IMG/VR virus record: IMGVR_UViG_2889388703_000001 | Location: 1 to 64,000 of that record | Length of the DNA stretch: 64,000 bases | Source: a virus | Taxonomy: Duplodnaviria > Caudoviricetes | Strand: one strand, 5' to 3' | Notes under the pieces: generated by a model | Told to the model about the DNA's origin: nothing | Seen by the model: only the letters and a program-made list of their open reading frames with translations | Database searches by the model: none | Part shown: positions 1-9,914 of the stretch, piece after piece | Position numbering within the stretch: position 1 is the stretch's first letter | Layout: every line of letters begins with the position of its first letter | Translations under genes and position numbers: made by a program

Positions 1-110
1 TTATATTTTGCATATTTACACCCAATAGGCGGATGCTTACGACTGTTCGATGGCATATTTTTATCGAATTAAACATAATTAGGTTTATGTCAAAATTATA
101 TCATCCCGTA

Positions 111-710
111 TTACCTGATAAAATTAGTGTGAACATGTATCCTTTTCATCGGTTTTTCTACGGTAGAAAGACCTTCAATGACATATTTCATATTCTCCAC
201 CAAGGAAGCAACCGTTTCCATACCTTCTGCATCCTGTTTTGTATCTCCAGTCTCGTCGCTGTAAAGCTCGTTCCAGTATTGCGAGCCGACCACAATCATG
301 GAGTGCATGAGGAAATACATGTTCATCCGGCTGAATGCCGACGTGTTTCCGCTTCTTCTGGACACGGTAATTCCTGCCACCGGCTTATACATCATCAGCT
401 TTGGATTGGAATAAAACAGACGGGTAAGAAACGCATCCATCTGGCTGCTTATGCTTGCGTAATAAACCGGACTCACAAAGAGGTATCCGTCGTAATTGCC
501 GGCTATGCGCACGAAGTTGTTCACGCTGTCTTCCGTCTTGCAGAATCCTCCGCGCTTGCATGACCGGCACGCATCGCACTGTGCAACCTGCTCTCCAATC
601 CAGAAAATATCTACCTGCATCCCTTTGGCTAACCGTTGGATAAACCTTGCCACATTCCCGCATGAGCGATTCTCATGCGGGCTTCCATTTACTACCAATA
701 TGCGTATCAT
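111..710 (-). CDS. Flavodoxin-fold / iron-sulfur flavoprotein (NADPH-dependent FMN reductase family)
   Basis: N-terminal ILVVNGSP, CxxCxxCx4C cluster motif (CDACRSCKRGGFC), SPVYY motif; overlaps the stop of the radical SAM gene. Confidence 0.8.
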   Translation of the reverse strand: MIRILVVNGSPHENRSCGNVARFIQRLAKGMQVDIFWIGEQVAQCDACRSCKRGGFCKTEDSVNNFVRIAGNYDGYLFVSPVYYASISSQMDAFLTRLFYSNPKLMMYKPVAGITVSRRSGNTSAFSRMNMYFLMHSMIVVGSQYWNELYSDETGDTKQDAEGMETVASLVENMKYVIEGLSTVEKPMKRIHVHTNFIR

Positions 711-1663
711 TCCTTATCACTGATTAATGCGTTTCCGCAGGTGATTCTATCGGAGTCTTCTTCTTTTGACGGAACAAATACGATGACATCCCATCCTTCT
801 TCCAGCAGTGGCTGTTCGAACTTGCGGTACACATCGTAATCGGAATATCCGGTTACTTCAAAACCGTTTTCAATGGCCGAGCTGGTTTCATGAATCGGAG
901 TGATTTTTACGATAAACTTCTTTTTGTCAAACAGCGAAGAAAGTTCCTTTGCATCGAGAATGGTTTGTGCCGTAACCGGGAAGTTCAGCGTGTATTTTCT
1001 TCCTTTCGGAATAGGAAGTTCTTTGGCTAATGCGGAAATTTCCTGAAGCGAAAGGCTCTTCCCGTCAAACAATTCGTTTCGCTGTGCTTCGTCGGTAGAA
1101 TTGATGGAGAACTGCAGTCCGGCTTCTCCGTGGTAGAACTCGTTCTTGATGTCGCACCAGGTAAGAATAAAATCTTTCAGTCGTTTGTTGGCTTTTGGCA
1201 GCATGGTGGATACAACCGGATGAACGGTGTCTGCCATTAGTCCGCATTTCCTTACGAGACTTTTCAGCTGCAGAGCAAAGGAAGGCACGTTTTCATTCCA
1301 GGTAGGCTCTCCCATCCGGGCCAAATGTACGTTAAATCTTTCTGTGTGGAGTACCGATTCATTTTCAATGATGGTTCTAATCTGATAGGCCAGTTCATCC
1401 AGCGAAGCGTTACCATGGAATCCGAAACGGGGTACGTCGCAGAACTTACATTTCATAGGGCATCCTTTCTGTGTAGAAATTGTGGCCACCCATTTCTTGC
1501 TCAAGTCGACTTCTGTGTTGGCCACACCGTTTATTTCTTTAGTCAGGCCCAAGAAATCGGCCTTGATATTGTTTTCTTTTCCGTAGTCTCCCACGGTAAG
1601 AAATTCCAGCTTCTTTTCTGAATCTACATAAATCTTTCCTGTGTGTGTCTTGATTGTTTTCAT
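707..1663 (-). CDS. RlmN/Cfr-like radical SAM protein
   Basis: STQKGCPMKCKFC (CxxxCxxC), MGEP motif, C-terminal ITCGN like RlmN AACGQ. Confidence 0.75.
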   Translation of the reverse strand: MKTIKTHTGKIYVDSEKKLEFLTVGDYGKENNIKADFLGLTKEINGVANTEVDLSKKWVATISTQKGCPMKCKFCDVPRFGFHGNASLDELAYQIRTIIENESVLHTERFNVHLARMGEPTWNENVPSFALQLKSLVRKCGLMADTVHPVVSTMLPKANKRLKDFILTWCDIKNEFYHGEAGLQFSINSTDEAQRNELFDGKSLSLQEISALAKELPIPKGRKYTLNFPVTAQTILDAKELSSLFDKKKFIVKITPIHETSSAIENGFEVTGYSDYDVYRKFEQPLLEEGWDVIVFVPSKEEDSDRITCGNALISDKE

Positions 1664-1689
1664 TTTTCTTCTTTTTGTGGTTTTGGTTA

Positions 1690-3390
1690 TTATGCTACTT
1701 TAAAATGTTTTTCTGATAATCTTAGACATAAGCATTCACAAAGGACGCGAGCCATATTTACCTCTACAGCATTCCCAATAAACTTCTTCTGGTCAGCTTG
1801 TGTACCGACAAGAATATAGTTTTCAGGGAAACCCATAATCTTTTTCAGCTCGTCTATGCGAAGCATACGCATCTTTATGTCTGCCAATCCATACACAAGC
1901 ATAAATTGCTTGATTTTTACAGTCATCGGGCTGTCTCCATTTTCTATGCAGATACCTATGCCATCTTTTGTGTTGACAAGGTAAGGAGGCATTTTATCCA
2001 TTCTTGCTATAAGCGTGAAACACGGATTATCTACCGAACCGCCTGCACTTGCAAATTGCGGATTCATCAGGAAGCTTTTTCTTTTGCATGTAACCATGCT
2101 GTATTTGGGATTGGTGGTAATAGCTCCTAACGGTTTTTCTATGGAAGCTGCACTGGAAGCGCCAAATTGCTGGTCGATAAATACGGGTGTCACCATTCTT
2201 TGCTTTGGTACGGTTGTTACGGCAGGACATGGCTCGTTAACACTACCTAACTGACCACCTCCTGAATAATAATTCATAAAGAATGGAGTAACTAAAGCAA
2301 GACGATCCTTTGTAGTTACGGTTGGAGCAGGACTATCTACCGAATGATTATTTCCGTTACCATAATAAGCTGAAACGAAAGCATGATGGTCCTTGCAGGT
2401 AATTGTTCCTGCTGGCTCTTCTACAGAAATATTCTTACTCCCAGGATGTCCGCTGTACTGCTTTGATAGGAAACTTACTTTTGCCAAAGCCAAGCGGCCC
2501 TGCGTAGCCACAGTTGGGCATGGTTCGTCAATGCTTGGTGACTGATATTTACCTGTCCGGCTCATAGAGTTGTATTTTACTATAAAAGCATCTTTTCCAC
2601 CGGCCACAAACTTAATCAGTCCGGCATAAATTCGTTCGAGTGTCTTTTCTGCAAGCGGTTTTTTCCTTGTGAAAATGCTTTCACCTTCGTCCGAAAAATC
2701 CAGCACTTCTTTTACGGGCCTCCATGTCTCCAGCTTGCTGAACATATCTTTCCTTCCATTCTTGCAGTGTGTCGCTTCCGGGAATACGATAGGAAGTCCT
2801 TTCTTTGCAAATATGCCAAAGAAGCGTTTTCTGGTAGTATATGCTCCGTAATCGGCCGCATTAAGTATCCGCCAATCGAAGTCATATCCGTATTTCTTTA
2901 CGTTTCGTTTCCACTTCTCATAACAACGACCTTTATCTTTGCTTACCGGATGTCCTTTTTCGTCCATGTCTCCCCAGCTCATAAACTCCTCCACGTTTTC
3001 AATCTGAATATAGTCAGGGTTTATGGCTTCAATGTAACGGAAAAGATGTTCGGCCAGTGTCCGGCTGTCTGCATCGCGAGGTTGTCCGCCTTTTGCCTTG
3101 CTGAAATTGGTACATTCCAGCGAAGCCCATAGAACTACATACGCATCCGGATATTGCATTTTCATCTTCTCTACATGCGCGACCAGTCCTGAAAGCTCCA
3201 GCGTTCGGATGTCCTCTGTGAAATGAAGCGCGTCCGGATGATTTGCCGCATGGCTGGCGATGGCATTAGCATCGTGATTTACACAGGCTATTACTTTTGC
3301 GCATTGTGATTCGTTGACACGTGCATTTTCTACACCGGTAGAAGTTCCTCCGGCTCCACAAAAAAGGTCGATGTATAATAAATTTATCAT
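1690..3390 (-). CDS. DNA (cytosine-5) methyltransferase, large phage type
   Basis: DLFCGAGG motif I, SLEC catalytic variant, ENV, RKR, GNAV motif X; start moved to MINLL at 3390. Confidence 0.9.
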   Translation of the reverse strand: MINLLYIDLFCGAGGTSTGVENARVNESQCAKVIACVNHDANAIASHAANHPDALHFTEDIRTLELSGLVAHVEKMKMQYPDAYVVLWASLECTNFSKAKGGQPRDADSRTLAEHLFRYIEAINPDYIQIENVEEFMSWGDMDEKGHPVSKDKGRCYEKWKRNVKKYGYDFDWRILNAADYGAYTTRKRFFGIFAKKGLPIVFPEATHCKNGRKDMFSKLETWRPVKEVLDFSDEGESIFTRKKPLAEKTLERIYAGLIKFVAGGKDAFIVKYNSMSRTGKYQSPSIDEPCPTVATQGRLALAKVSFLSKQYSGHPGSKNISVEEPAGTITCKDHHAFVSAYYGNGNNHSVDSPAPTVTTKDRLALVTPFFMNYYSGGGQLGSVNEPCPAVTTVPKQRMVTPVFIDQQFGASSAASIEKPLGAITTNPKYSMVTCKRKSFLMNPQFASAGGSVDNPCFTLIARMDKMPPYLVNTKDGIGICIENGDSPMTVKIKQFMLVYGLADIKMRMLRIDELKKIMGFPENYILVGTQADQKKFIGNAVEVNMARVLCECLCLRLSEKHFKVA

Positions 3391-3391
3391 T

Positions 3392-3712
3392 TTATCTGTA
3401 AAATTTGAAATGTGAGTGTGTACCCTTCGGACGCACATTTCGGTTAAACTTTGTATGGTACTTCTTACCGTCCTTATGGGGTACGTGACGGTTCTGACCG
3501 ACAATACTGAAATAGAACGGCACATGGCGTGAGGTATGGCGGTTGCGGTTGGCTATCTCATGCTGTTTATAGCGTTTTGTAGGAGTGTGGTATCTACATC
3601 TTATTGTATATGTGTTTGAATCTAAATCGGAATATCTTAATCTTGTTCTGATTCTGCTGCATCCCATCCTGATGACATCATAAGTGCTATAAGTATATTT
3701 ATCCCTCGACAT
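3392..3712 (-). CDS. Hypothetical basic protein
   Basis: ORF fits the operon packing. Confidence 0.5.
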   Translation of the reverse strand: MSRDKYTYSTYDVIRMGCSRIRTRLRYSDLDSNTYTIRCRYHTPTKRYKQHEIANRNRHTSRHVPFYFSIVGQNRHVPHKDGKKYHTKFNRNVRPKGTHSHFKFYR

Positions 3713-3751
3713 AGGCTATAGATTTAAGTGATTTTCCAGTTCTCCCATGAT

Positions 3752-4027
3752 TCATTCCGGTATTTCACCTTTCAACCGCTTGATGGTAAGGTTTCTCACC
3801 TTGATAGTCCCTTCCTGCTCGCGGACCTTCGTCTTGAGCGATGTTACCTGGCGTTGCAGCTTCTCCACCGTGGGCGTATTGTTGCGCTCATAGTTCAGCT
3901 CTGCCTGAAGCTTTGCTACTTTCTTTTCCAGCTCCGCCGTGCGTGCCTGTTCGCGCCGGTAGTCCCGGCAGAGATACTTAAAAAGTATCTCCACCGGAAT
4001 GTCCAGATGGCTATTCCATGGTACCAT
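3752..4027 (-). CDS. Hypothetical coiled-coil protein
   Basis: Heptad-rich ORF overlapping the upstream gene. Confidence 0.55.
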   Translation of the reverse strand: MVPWNSHLDIPVEILFKYLCRDYRREQARTAELEKKVAKLQAELNYERNNTPTVEKLQRQVTSLKTKVREQEGTIKVRNLTIKRLKGEIPE

Positions 4028-4742
4028 TACTTTCCTCCTTTTTGATATACCAATCGAAGGCCTCCAGCGGTTTGTCTACCACAGAAATGTAATCTTTCTC
4101 CCGTTTCAGCACCCCTTTGTTGATAAGCTGCTGAATGAGTTTCAGACCGCTTCCGTAGCCGTAATGAATATTCAGCACGTTTATCGGGTCAGTATTGATA
4201 CATTTCTTTCCGCCCTTTTCTGTGATTCCTAAGTTGTGACATACACGGGCAGCCGCCGACAATTTTTCGTAGTCGTATTCCTCGGAATCAGGTTGAGCTT
4301 CGGCTTCTGCCTGATACGGATATACGTCCATGATGGCGGTTTCGGCTACGGAAGCTATCACGTAATCGGCCATCGTACCTTTCATGCCTTCGTCCAGCTT
4401 CTTCACCGCATCGCGAAGGTCGGCAGCCTGTACCAGAATGTTGGTGGCTGTCTTCTTCTCCGCACCGCTTTTCTCGTCGATGGTGATAAAGTACAGCTTG
4501 CATTTGTACCAGATGCCGGCTCCTTCCTCGTCGGACGGAAATATCTCGCTATAGTTGGCCCGTTTGATGTCGGTCACTGTGAACTCTCCTGTAATAAACG
4601 GCGTGACTTCTTCAATGAGACGTGCTTCGGCTTCGGTGAAACTCATGGCATCTACCAGATAGGGCTCTGTCACTTTCTTGTTCATCCCGTTTTCCGCTAC
4701 CTTTTCGTGGCGGATTTTCCCTTCAAACCATGTGTGCATCAT
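4011..4742 (-). CDS. DUF4494-like protein with C-terminal extension
   Basis: MHTWFEGKIRHEK...YLVDAMSFTEAEAR...WYKCKL...ETAIMDVYPY, typical of Bacteroidetes DUF4494. Confidence 0.8.
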   Translation of the reverse strand: MMHTWFEGKIRHEKVAENGMNKKVTEPYLVDAMSFTEAEARLIEEVTPFITGEFTVTDIKRANYSEIFPSDEEGAGIWYKCKLYFITIDEKSGAEKKTATNILVQAADLRDAVKKLDEGMKGTMADYVIASVAETAIMDVYPYQAEAEAQPDSEEYDYEKLSAAARVCHNLGITEKGGKKCINTDPINVLNIHYGYGSGLKLIQQLINKGVLKREKDYISVVDKPLEAFDWYIKKEESNGTME

Positions 4743-4969
4743 AATTTTTCCTCCCGTATTTTTTCGCGTTGTGCAATCATGGCATCGGCCATTTCGTATG
4801 ATAATTTAGCTATCATCTTCTCGTCAAATGCTGTATATGTCTTATGATTCAGACCAAAGAATTGTCTGATCCTGTTTTTTAATGTCAGATTGTTTGAAAC
4901 TGTTTTCTCCATGAGCACCTTCATCGCTTCCATAGCGATGTGGTCTCTGCTGATATTACTTCCTGCCAT
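4739..4969 (-). CDS. Hypothetical phage protein
   Basis: RDHIAMEAMK...YEMADAMIAQR motif common in phage small proteins. Confidence 0.6.
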   Translation of the reverse strand: MAGSNISRDHIAMEAMKVLMEKTVSNNLTLKNRIRQFFGLNHKTYTAFDEKMIAKLSYEMADAMIAQREKIREEKL

Positions 4970-4984
4970 AGTTATTTTATTGAA

Positions 4985-5515
4985 TTAGATAATAATTGTC
5001 ATTATTGCGTAAGTAGCTAAATCGAGAAAAGCATTTTCTACTTTTTCTGATTGTGATTCTGCTTCTTGTTTATTCAGCAAAAAATAGATTTCTTTAATTT
5101 TTGATTTTAATATTATTCCTGCCACCGGTGTACCTCGTAGAGTAATCATTCGATAGAACTGACCATCGGCCTGATATATTTCTCTTTTAAATCTTTCTTC
5201 TATTTCTTTTTCTACAATCATCTTTTCATGATGATATTTTTTGTAAAAAAACAACAGGAAGAATATGGAGTGATTGTAAATTTTAATCATAGAAGTATCA
5301 ATATCACCTTCTTCCTCAAAAGAATTACATTCTTCATAAAGGAACTTCAGGAAGTTTGGCATCATAGGGTGTACTACTTCCTTCGGGAATATTATTTCAT
5401 CGGATTTTATTTTGTCTTTAAAAGAATTTTCCAACTGATTATCCGAGCACTCCCATTCTTCACAAAAAGGATTTTGGTAACTTGTGTGTCCTTGATATAT
5501 AAACTCTTTTTTCAT
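4985..5515 (-). CDS. Hypothetical protein with degenerate DUF1599-like C-terminus
   Basis: Ends ENAFLDLATYAIM, resembling EDTYLDLANYCVM of the neighbouring gene. Confidence 0.5.
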   Translation of the reverse strand: MKKEFIYQGHTSYQNPFCEEWECSDNQLENSFKDKIKSDEIIFPKEVVHPMMPNFLKFLYEECNSFEEEGDIDTSMIKIYNHSIFFLLFFYKKYHHEKMIVEKEIEERFKREIYQADGQFYRMITLRGTPVAGIILKSKIKEIYFLLNKQEAESQSEKVENAFLDLATYAIMTIII

Positions 5516-5518
5516 ATC

Positions 5519-6589
5519 TTACTTTTGTTTTCTGATCCAAAGAATTGTCATCACGCAGTAGTTGGCCAGGTCCAGATAAGTATCTTCCAGCCTTTCGTCC
5601 TTCACCTGCCCTTCACCATTATTTTTAATCAGGGAATTTATTCTCCGAATTTTGTCACCGATGCGGATTTTAGCTACCAGTATTCCGTCTTCGTCCATTG
5701 ACTTTTCAAAGGCGTTTCCATAGTCGGCATTCTTTTTGCGGTAAGTGTAAAGCTGTTCTTGACTGATTTCGGACATAGAAAGCGTAACTTGCGCATAGTG
5801 TTGATATGCAGCACGGGCGATGCTTGTAATATGCAGTAAGCCTTCTATCCGGTCTGAATAGGTGATATCATCCTTAAAACATGGCTTGAACAAATTTCCT
5901 ATTCTGATATGATAAAGATTAGGATTTCCACCTGCCATTTTATCGTAAGATACCAGCTCGTGCAGCACCTCTTCAAACTTCTCAACCATTTCATCCATAG
6001 TTTCTTCTACAGGAATCTCCGGTTGTTTTTCTCCTCCTTCGTTATCATCAGGTATATTTACCGGTTCAGGCAGTTTTTCCAAAAAATCTTCCGGAACGTC
6101 GACTATGTTCCGACCCCACTGACCTACCTCATACCAGAACACAGGCTTCCCGTCCTTGCGGAGCTGACGTGTATTATGCACTTTGTAGATTGCAACCTGA
6201 GCATTTGAGATATGTTTTAAATCAAATTCCCCCATCTGATACGTCAGGGTCTCATTCACCAATTTAAGCGAGTCGTAGTCTTTCAGCTTTACTACCTGAC
6301 CGACACTGAATTTTGATACGTTAATTTCTCCGTCCATATAATTTGCTATTTTAGTTCCTGATGGCTGTTCTTTGCTTATGATCTTTCTGAAATCAAGCTG
6401 TGGAACTTTAGTTCTATCTCGGATGTTTAAAATATCCTGTTCTTTTTTCTCAACTAATGGCCAGAAAAATCCGAATAGCTCCATCATATCTCCCGCACGC
6501 GATTCAATATCAAGGAAACCATTGAGTATTCTTTTATTTATTTCAGGCGGATTTACTCGTTTGTTATTCCTTTTTTTCTTCTTTCCCAT
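5519..6589 (-). CDS. DUF1599 / nucleotide-modification-associated domain protein
   Basis: C-terminal KKNADYGNAF...RIGDKIRR...EDTYLDLANY; start moved to MGKKKK at 6589. Confidence 0.7.
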   Translation of the reverse strand: MGKKKKRNNKRVNPPEINKRILNGFLDIESRAGDMMELFGFFWPLVEKKEQDILNIRDRTKVPQLDFRKIISKEQPSGTKIANYMDGEINVSKFSVGQVVKLKDYDSLKLVNETLTYQMGEFDLKHISNAQVAIYKVHNTRQLRKDGKPVFWYEVGQWGRNIVDVPEDFLEKLPEPVNIPDDNEGGEKQPEIPVEETMDEMVEKFEEVLHELVSYDKMAGGNPNLYHIRIGNLFKPCFKDDITYSDRIEGLLHITSIARAAYQHYAQVTLSMSEISQEQLYTYRKKNADYGNAFEKSMDEDGILVAKIRIGDKIRRINSLIKNNGEGQVKDERLEDTYLDLANYCVMTILWIRKQK

Positions 6590-8279
6590 TTTCTTCTGAT
6601 TTATCGTTGTTATCGTTATATACTTTCTCCATTTCTCGGAAAAGACGTTTATAAACCTCCGGGAGTGTGCCTTTCTCTTTTGTATCACGTAGGGAAGCAA
6701 ACAGCACGTAACGGGGGTCTGCACCCAGCATCTTACCCACGTCCATTACAAGCGGACCGACGGCTTTCTCCGCATGGGGATAGGATGCCAGGTCGCCCAT
6801 GGCCTCCAGTTCCAGCAGCCGGTCTGTTCCTACACCTGCCATGGAAGCAAACTTTTCGCGGGTATAACCGTGCATCTCATACATGGCACGCACGCCCTGA
6901 CCGAGGTTGAGTTCGTATCGGCATCCGTCTTTTAGTGCGAGCTGACTCACTTTGACCGTTTTCAGCATACGGAGTGTACGCGCCATTACGTCGGCATCCG
7001 CACGCGCTATGTATTCTGCCATAGCCTTCTTTGTGCCAAACACGTTGTACAGATAGCGTAGGGTAAGCATACTCAGTGTGCCGTGATTGCGGTAGACTTC
7101 CTGACGAAGCTTTCTGAGAGTAATGGATTCGTTTGTTTCAGGTACTGTGCGGATATGGTCTTCCAGGCATAGGTGACGGAACTTGTCAATCACGCTTTCG
7201 CCTTCTGCCTTTGCATCGGGCAACATTTCCATGGCATCGTACACCTCATAGTCGTCCGATTCAGGAAGAGGGATCGAAGCGATTTCATTCAGCAGCATAC
7301 GCACGTTGTTCGTAGTGCCCATGCGTGCCATCAGTGTGCGGTAGTCCTGAAAGCAGAGCCCTTCTCCGGCCATCTTCATGCGCAGACTGGCGATGACGTA
7401 TTCTATAAACTCTACCTGTAGCGAAACGATTCCGCTCTCCACCAGTTTCAACAGGTCGTCTTTCACCAGCTCCATCTGGAACTGTGCGGTCAAGGTGCGC
7501 ACATCCGTTCCCTCCTTATCGGGTATTTCAATGTTTCCCACCATCTCACGCAGCATATCTTTCACCGCAGCCATCATCTTTTCGTTGTGCTGGCTTTTCT
7601 GCCGGTTCACCTTCCCTACTCCGTTGAGCAGTCCGTCCACCTTCCGGCACATGCAGTCGTAGAACTCGATTCCGGTGGTACACATCATGGCCACCATCTC
7701 CATGTTCGATACAAGGTCGCTCTGGCGCACGTTGCACTTGTCGAGTGCATTTTTGGTAGCAAAATAAATGAGGTTGATTTTTTCTCCGTAGGTCTTCCAG
7801 AAGATGTTCTGAAGCTTCTGTGTCAGTGTGCCGCCCCCCCTCATGAAACTTCCGGACAGACCGGGGTGGATGGTTTCTGTAAAGGTACGAACCTGCATGG
7901 CATCGTGCGCATTGCATCGCTTCATAAGGTCACTAGACAGATTTACCAGTTCGTTGGCCCTGCGCTTCATGTTGTGACGCATCAGTCCGCGTTCCTTCAG
8001 GCAGGAAACCACTTCGTAGATGTATTTCTGAGTGATATTGGTCATCATGATTTCCACCATGAGCAGGTGGGCGTTCAGAATGTCTGCACTGGCCATGCGC
8101 TGCTGTGCAGTGTAGCGGTCAAACCGGTTTCGTTTGACGGGAATCATGGATTTCGGACGGCTGATAGAAGCCGCAAGCCCTGTTTCAGAGCTTTTCCCCT
8201 TCATGGGTAAAATGGTGGAGGGAGCCTGCAAGAAAGGATTGTTTCCCAGATTCCCTGCCGGGTTTGTAAATTCGTTCAT
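6564..8279 (-). CDS. Hypothetical protein with C-terminal XRE-like HTH
   Basis: 571 aa ORF; LGQGVRAMYEMHGYTREKFASMAGVGTDRLLELE resembles an HTH. Confidence 0.6.
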   Translation of the reverse strand: MNEFTNPAGNLGNNPFLQAPSTILPMKGKSSETGLAASISRPKSMIPVKRNRFDRYTAQQRMASADILNAHLLMVEIMMTNITQKYIYEVVSCLKERGLMRHNMKRRANELVNLSSDLMKRCNAHDAMQVRTFTETIHPGLSGSFMRGGGTLTQKLQNIFWKTYGEKINLIYFATKNALDKCNVRQSDLVSNMEMVAMMCTTGIEFYDCMCRKVDGLLNGVGKVNRQKSQHNEKMMAAVKDMLREMVGNIEIPDKEGTDVRTLTAQFQMELVKDDLLKLVESGIVSLQVEFIEYVIASLRMKMAGEGLCFQDYRTLMARMGTTNNVRMLLNEIASIPLPESDDYEVYDAMEMLPDAKAEGESVIDKFRHLCLEDHIRTVPETNESITLRKLRQEVYRNHGTLSMLTLRYLYNVFGTKKAMAEYIARADADVMARTLRMLKTVKVSQLALKDGCRYELNLGQGVRAMYEMHGYTREKFASMAGVGTDRLLELEAMGDLASYPHAEKAVGPLVMDVGKMLGADPRYVLFASLRDTKEKGTLPEVYKRLFREMEKVYNDNNDKSEENGKEEKKE

Positions 8280-8305
8280 ATCGCTAAATGATTAATCTGT
8301 TCGTA

Positions 8306-8800
8306 TTAAAAAGGAAGATCATCCTTTTCGTCAGTCATATTAAGCGTTCCCTGCGTAGGCTGCTGTGGGGCCGCTTGTGCTGGCTGAGCGGGTGAAGGAG
8401 CAGAAGCCGGTGCGGGCTGGCTGCCGAAATCGTCGGGCGAAGTAGGAAGCGGAGCAGACGATGATTCTGCCTTCCGTCCGAGCAGACGGAAATCGCGTGC
8501 CCATATTTCGGATACATAGCGTTTTTCTCCGGTTCCTTCTGCCTCGTAGCTTCGTGTGCGGAACTCCCCTTCCACATATACCTGCGAACCTTTGCGGGCC
8601 AGCTGGCTGATAATTTCGGCCAGATTGTCCCAGGCCACAATGGGAATCCATTCCGTATATTCCTTTGTTTCTCCATTTTCCTTGTTTTTCACTTTCCGGC
8701 TGCAGGCGATGGAGAAACTTGCTACCTTGTGTCCGCTTTCCAGCACTTTATAATCGGGGTCTTTCCCCAGATTACCGATGAATGTACATTTGTTTATCAT
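8306..8800 (-). CDS. ssb: Single-stranded DNA-binding protein
   Basis: NKCTFIGNLGKDP, KGSQVYVEG, acidic DDLPF tail. Confidence 0.95.
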   Translation of the reverse strand: MINKCTFIGNLGKDPDYKVLESGHKVASFSIACSRKVKNKENGETKEYTEWIPIVAWDNLAEIISQLARKGSQVYVEGEFRTRSYEAEGTGEKRYVSEIWARDFRLLGRKAESSSAPLPTSPDDFGSQPAPASAPSPAQPAQAAPQQPTQGTLNMTDEKDDLPF

Positions 8801-8821
8801 ATCGTTTCTTTTAAATATTCA

Positions 8822-8918
8822 GTCCCACGCCGGGGAGTCGAACCCCTGAAATGTGAATTTGTCAAAACTTTAAAACTAAACATTATGGAAAACGTGCGCC
8901 GACGCACTTCACGCGGGA
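8822..8918 (-). ncRNA. tRNA-like element lacking an anticodon arm (candidate antisense RNA)
   Basis: Acceptor-like stem UCCCGCG/CGUGGGA, hairpin GUGCG-UCGG-CGCAC, T-arm GGGG-UUCGACU-CCCC; the middle is an AU-rich anti-start-codon sequence. Confidence 0.5.
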
Positions 8919-8949
8919 GCCATTTTATTCAACTTGGCTATTTAGATAG

Positions 8950-9726
8950 TTATTTCGTAAGTTTAAGAAATTCAGGAACAACACCGTATAATGGTGTCTT
9001 ACCGTCCCATTTTTCAATAAACTGCTTTTGAAGAATTTCTTTAGTTAAACCACGGCTTTGAATCAAAAGCTGTTCTGTACGAAGTTGTTCCAGTTCGTTA
9101 CGCTTTTTTTGTTCTTCAATTTGCTGGTCAAGAACGGAAATATTGGTATTTACTTCGTTACGACTTCTTACTTTATTTGAAAATTCAAGCTGAGCAGAGA
9201 AGCTTCTCAATTCAAGACCTCTATCATTAAATTCTTTCCTTACTATTTGTTCCAGATTTTTTTCAAAAGCAAGAGAACCTCCGTCTGCCATCAGACTGTC
9301 TGTCTTATATTTCCTGCTTTCTTCTTTTATCAGGTCATACATTCGTGGCTCAAGTATATTATCTTCAAGTGAAGTCATAAAATCGTTTCCTCCACCGATA
9401 TGCTTGTTGTCGAATACTACATCTACCGCACGGCTCTTAACAACCTTATATGAATATACCGGACATGCTGTAAACTCTGTGTTGTCCGCAGCTTTTAAAA
9501 TAACCGGCTCTTGGAAACCTCCACGTTGGTCGAACAGCGGAACTTGAAAAAGTTCTGTACCAGGTTCCCATACAGATACTTTACCCGATACAATCTTGAA
9601 GTCTTCTTTCCCATTTTTACCGTAGTTTTCCATTAATACACCTGCATAGTTAGGTGCTACACGAGAACATGCGGAGAATAATACTATTCCTATTACCGCA
9701 ATAATTAAATTAATCGTTTTTTTCAT
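8950..9726 (-). CDS. SPFH/band-7 domain lipoprotein
   Basis: Lipobox-like FSAC, SPFH-type core, coiled coil, WDGKTP C-terminus. Confidence 0.8.
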   Translation of the reverse strand: MKKTINLIIAVIGIVLFSACSRVAPNYAGVLMENYGKNGKEDFKIVSGKVSVWEPGTELFQVPLFDQRGGFQEPVILKAADNTEFTACPVYSYKVVKSRAVDVVFDNKHIGGGNDFMTSLEDNILEPRMYDLIKEESRKYKTDSLMADGGSLAFEKNLEQIVRKEFNDRGLELRSFSAQLEFSNKVRSRNEVNTNISVLDQQIEEQKKRNELEQLRTEQLLIQSRGLTKEILQKQFIEKWDGKTPLYGVVPEFLKLTK

Positions 9727-9913
9727 AAGTTTTTTTGATGTGTTTATAGATTAAATAAATAGATGCTAGCAGAGTCACGCATATAACTGCAATGCCAAGC
9801 CAAGCTGATACATGATTGAAAATCCGGTTCCCGATAAACAGGCCGGAAGCTATGCAAATTGCTTTTATAATTGCTTTCTGCTTACTTGTAAGTTTGATTT
9901 TTGTTTTTCCCAT
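9710..9913 (-). CDS. Small membrane protein
   Basis: Two hydrophobic segments; coupled to the SPFH gene. Confidence 0.6.
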   Translation of the reverse strand: MGKTKIKLTSKQKAIIKAICIASGLFIGNRIFNHVSAWLGIAVICVTLLASIYLIYKHIKKTYEKND

Positions 9914-9914
9914 T

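Noticed and set aside
8822-8918. Functional tRNA gene
   Set aside because: No anticodon stem-loop and no canonical D-loop; reported as tRNA-like only.
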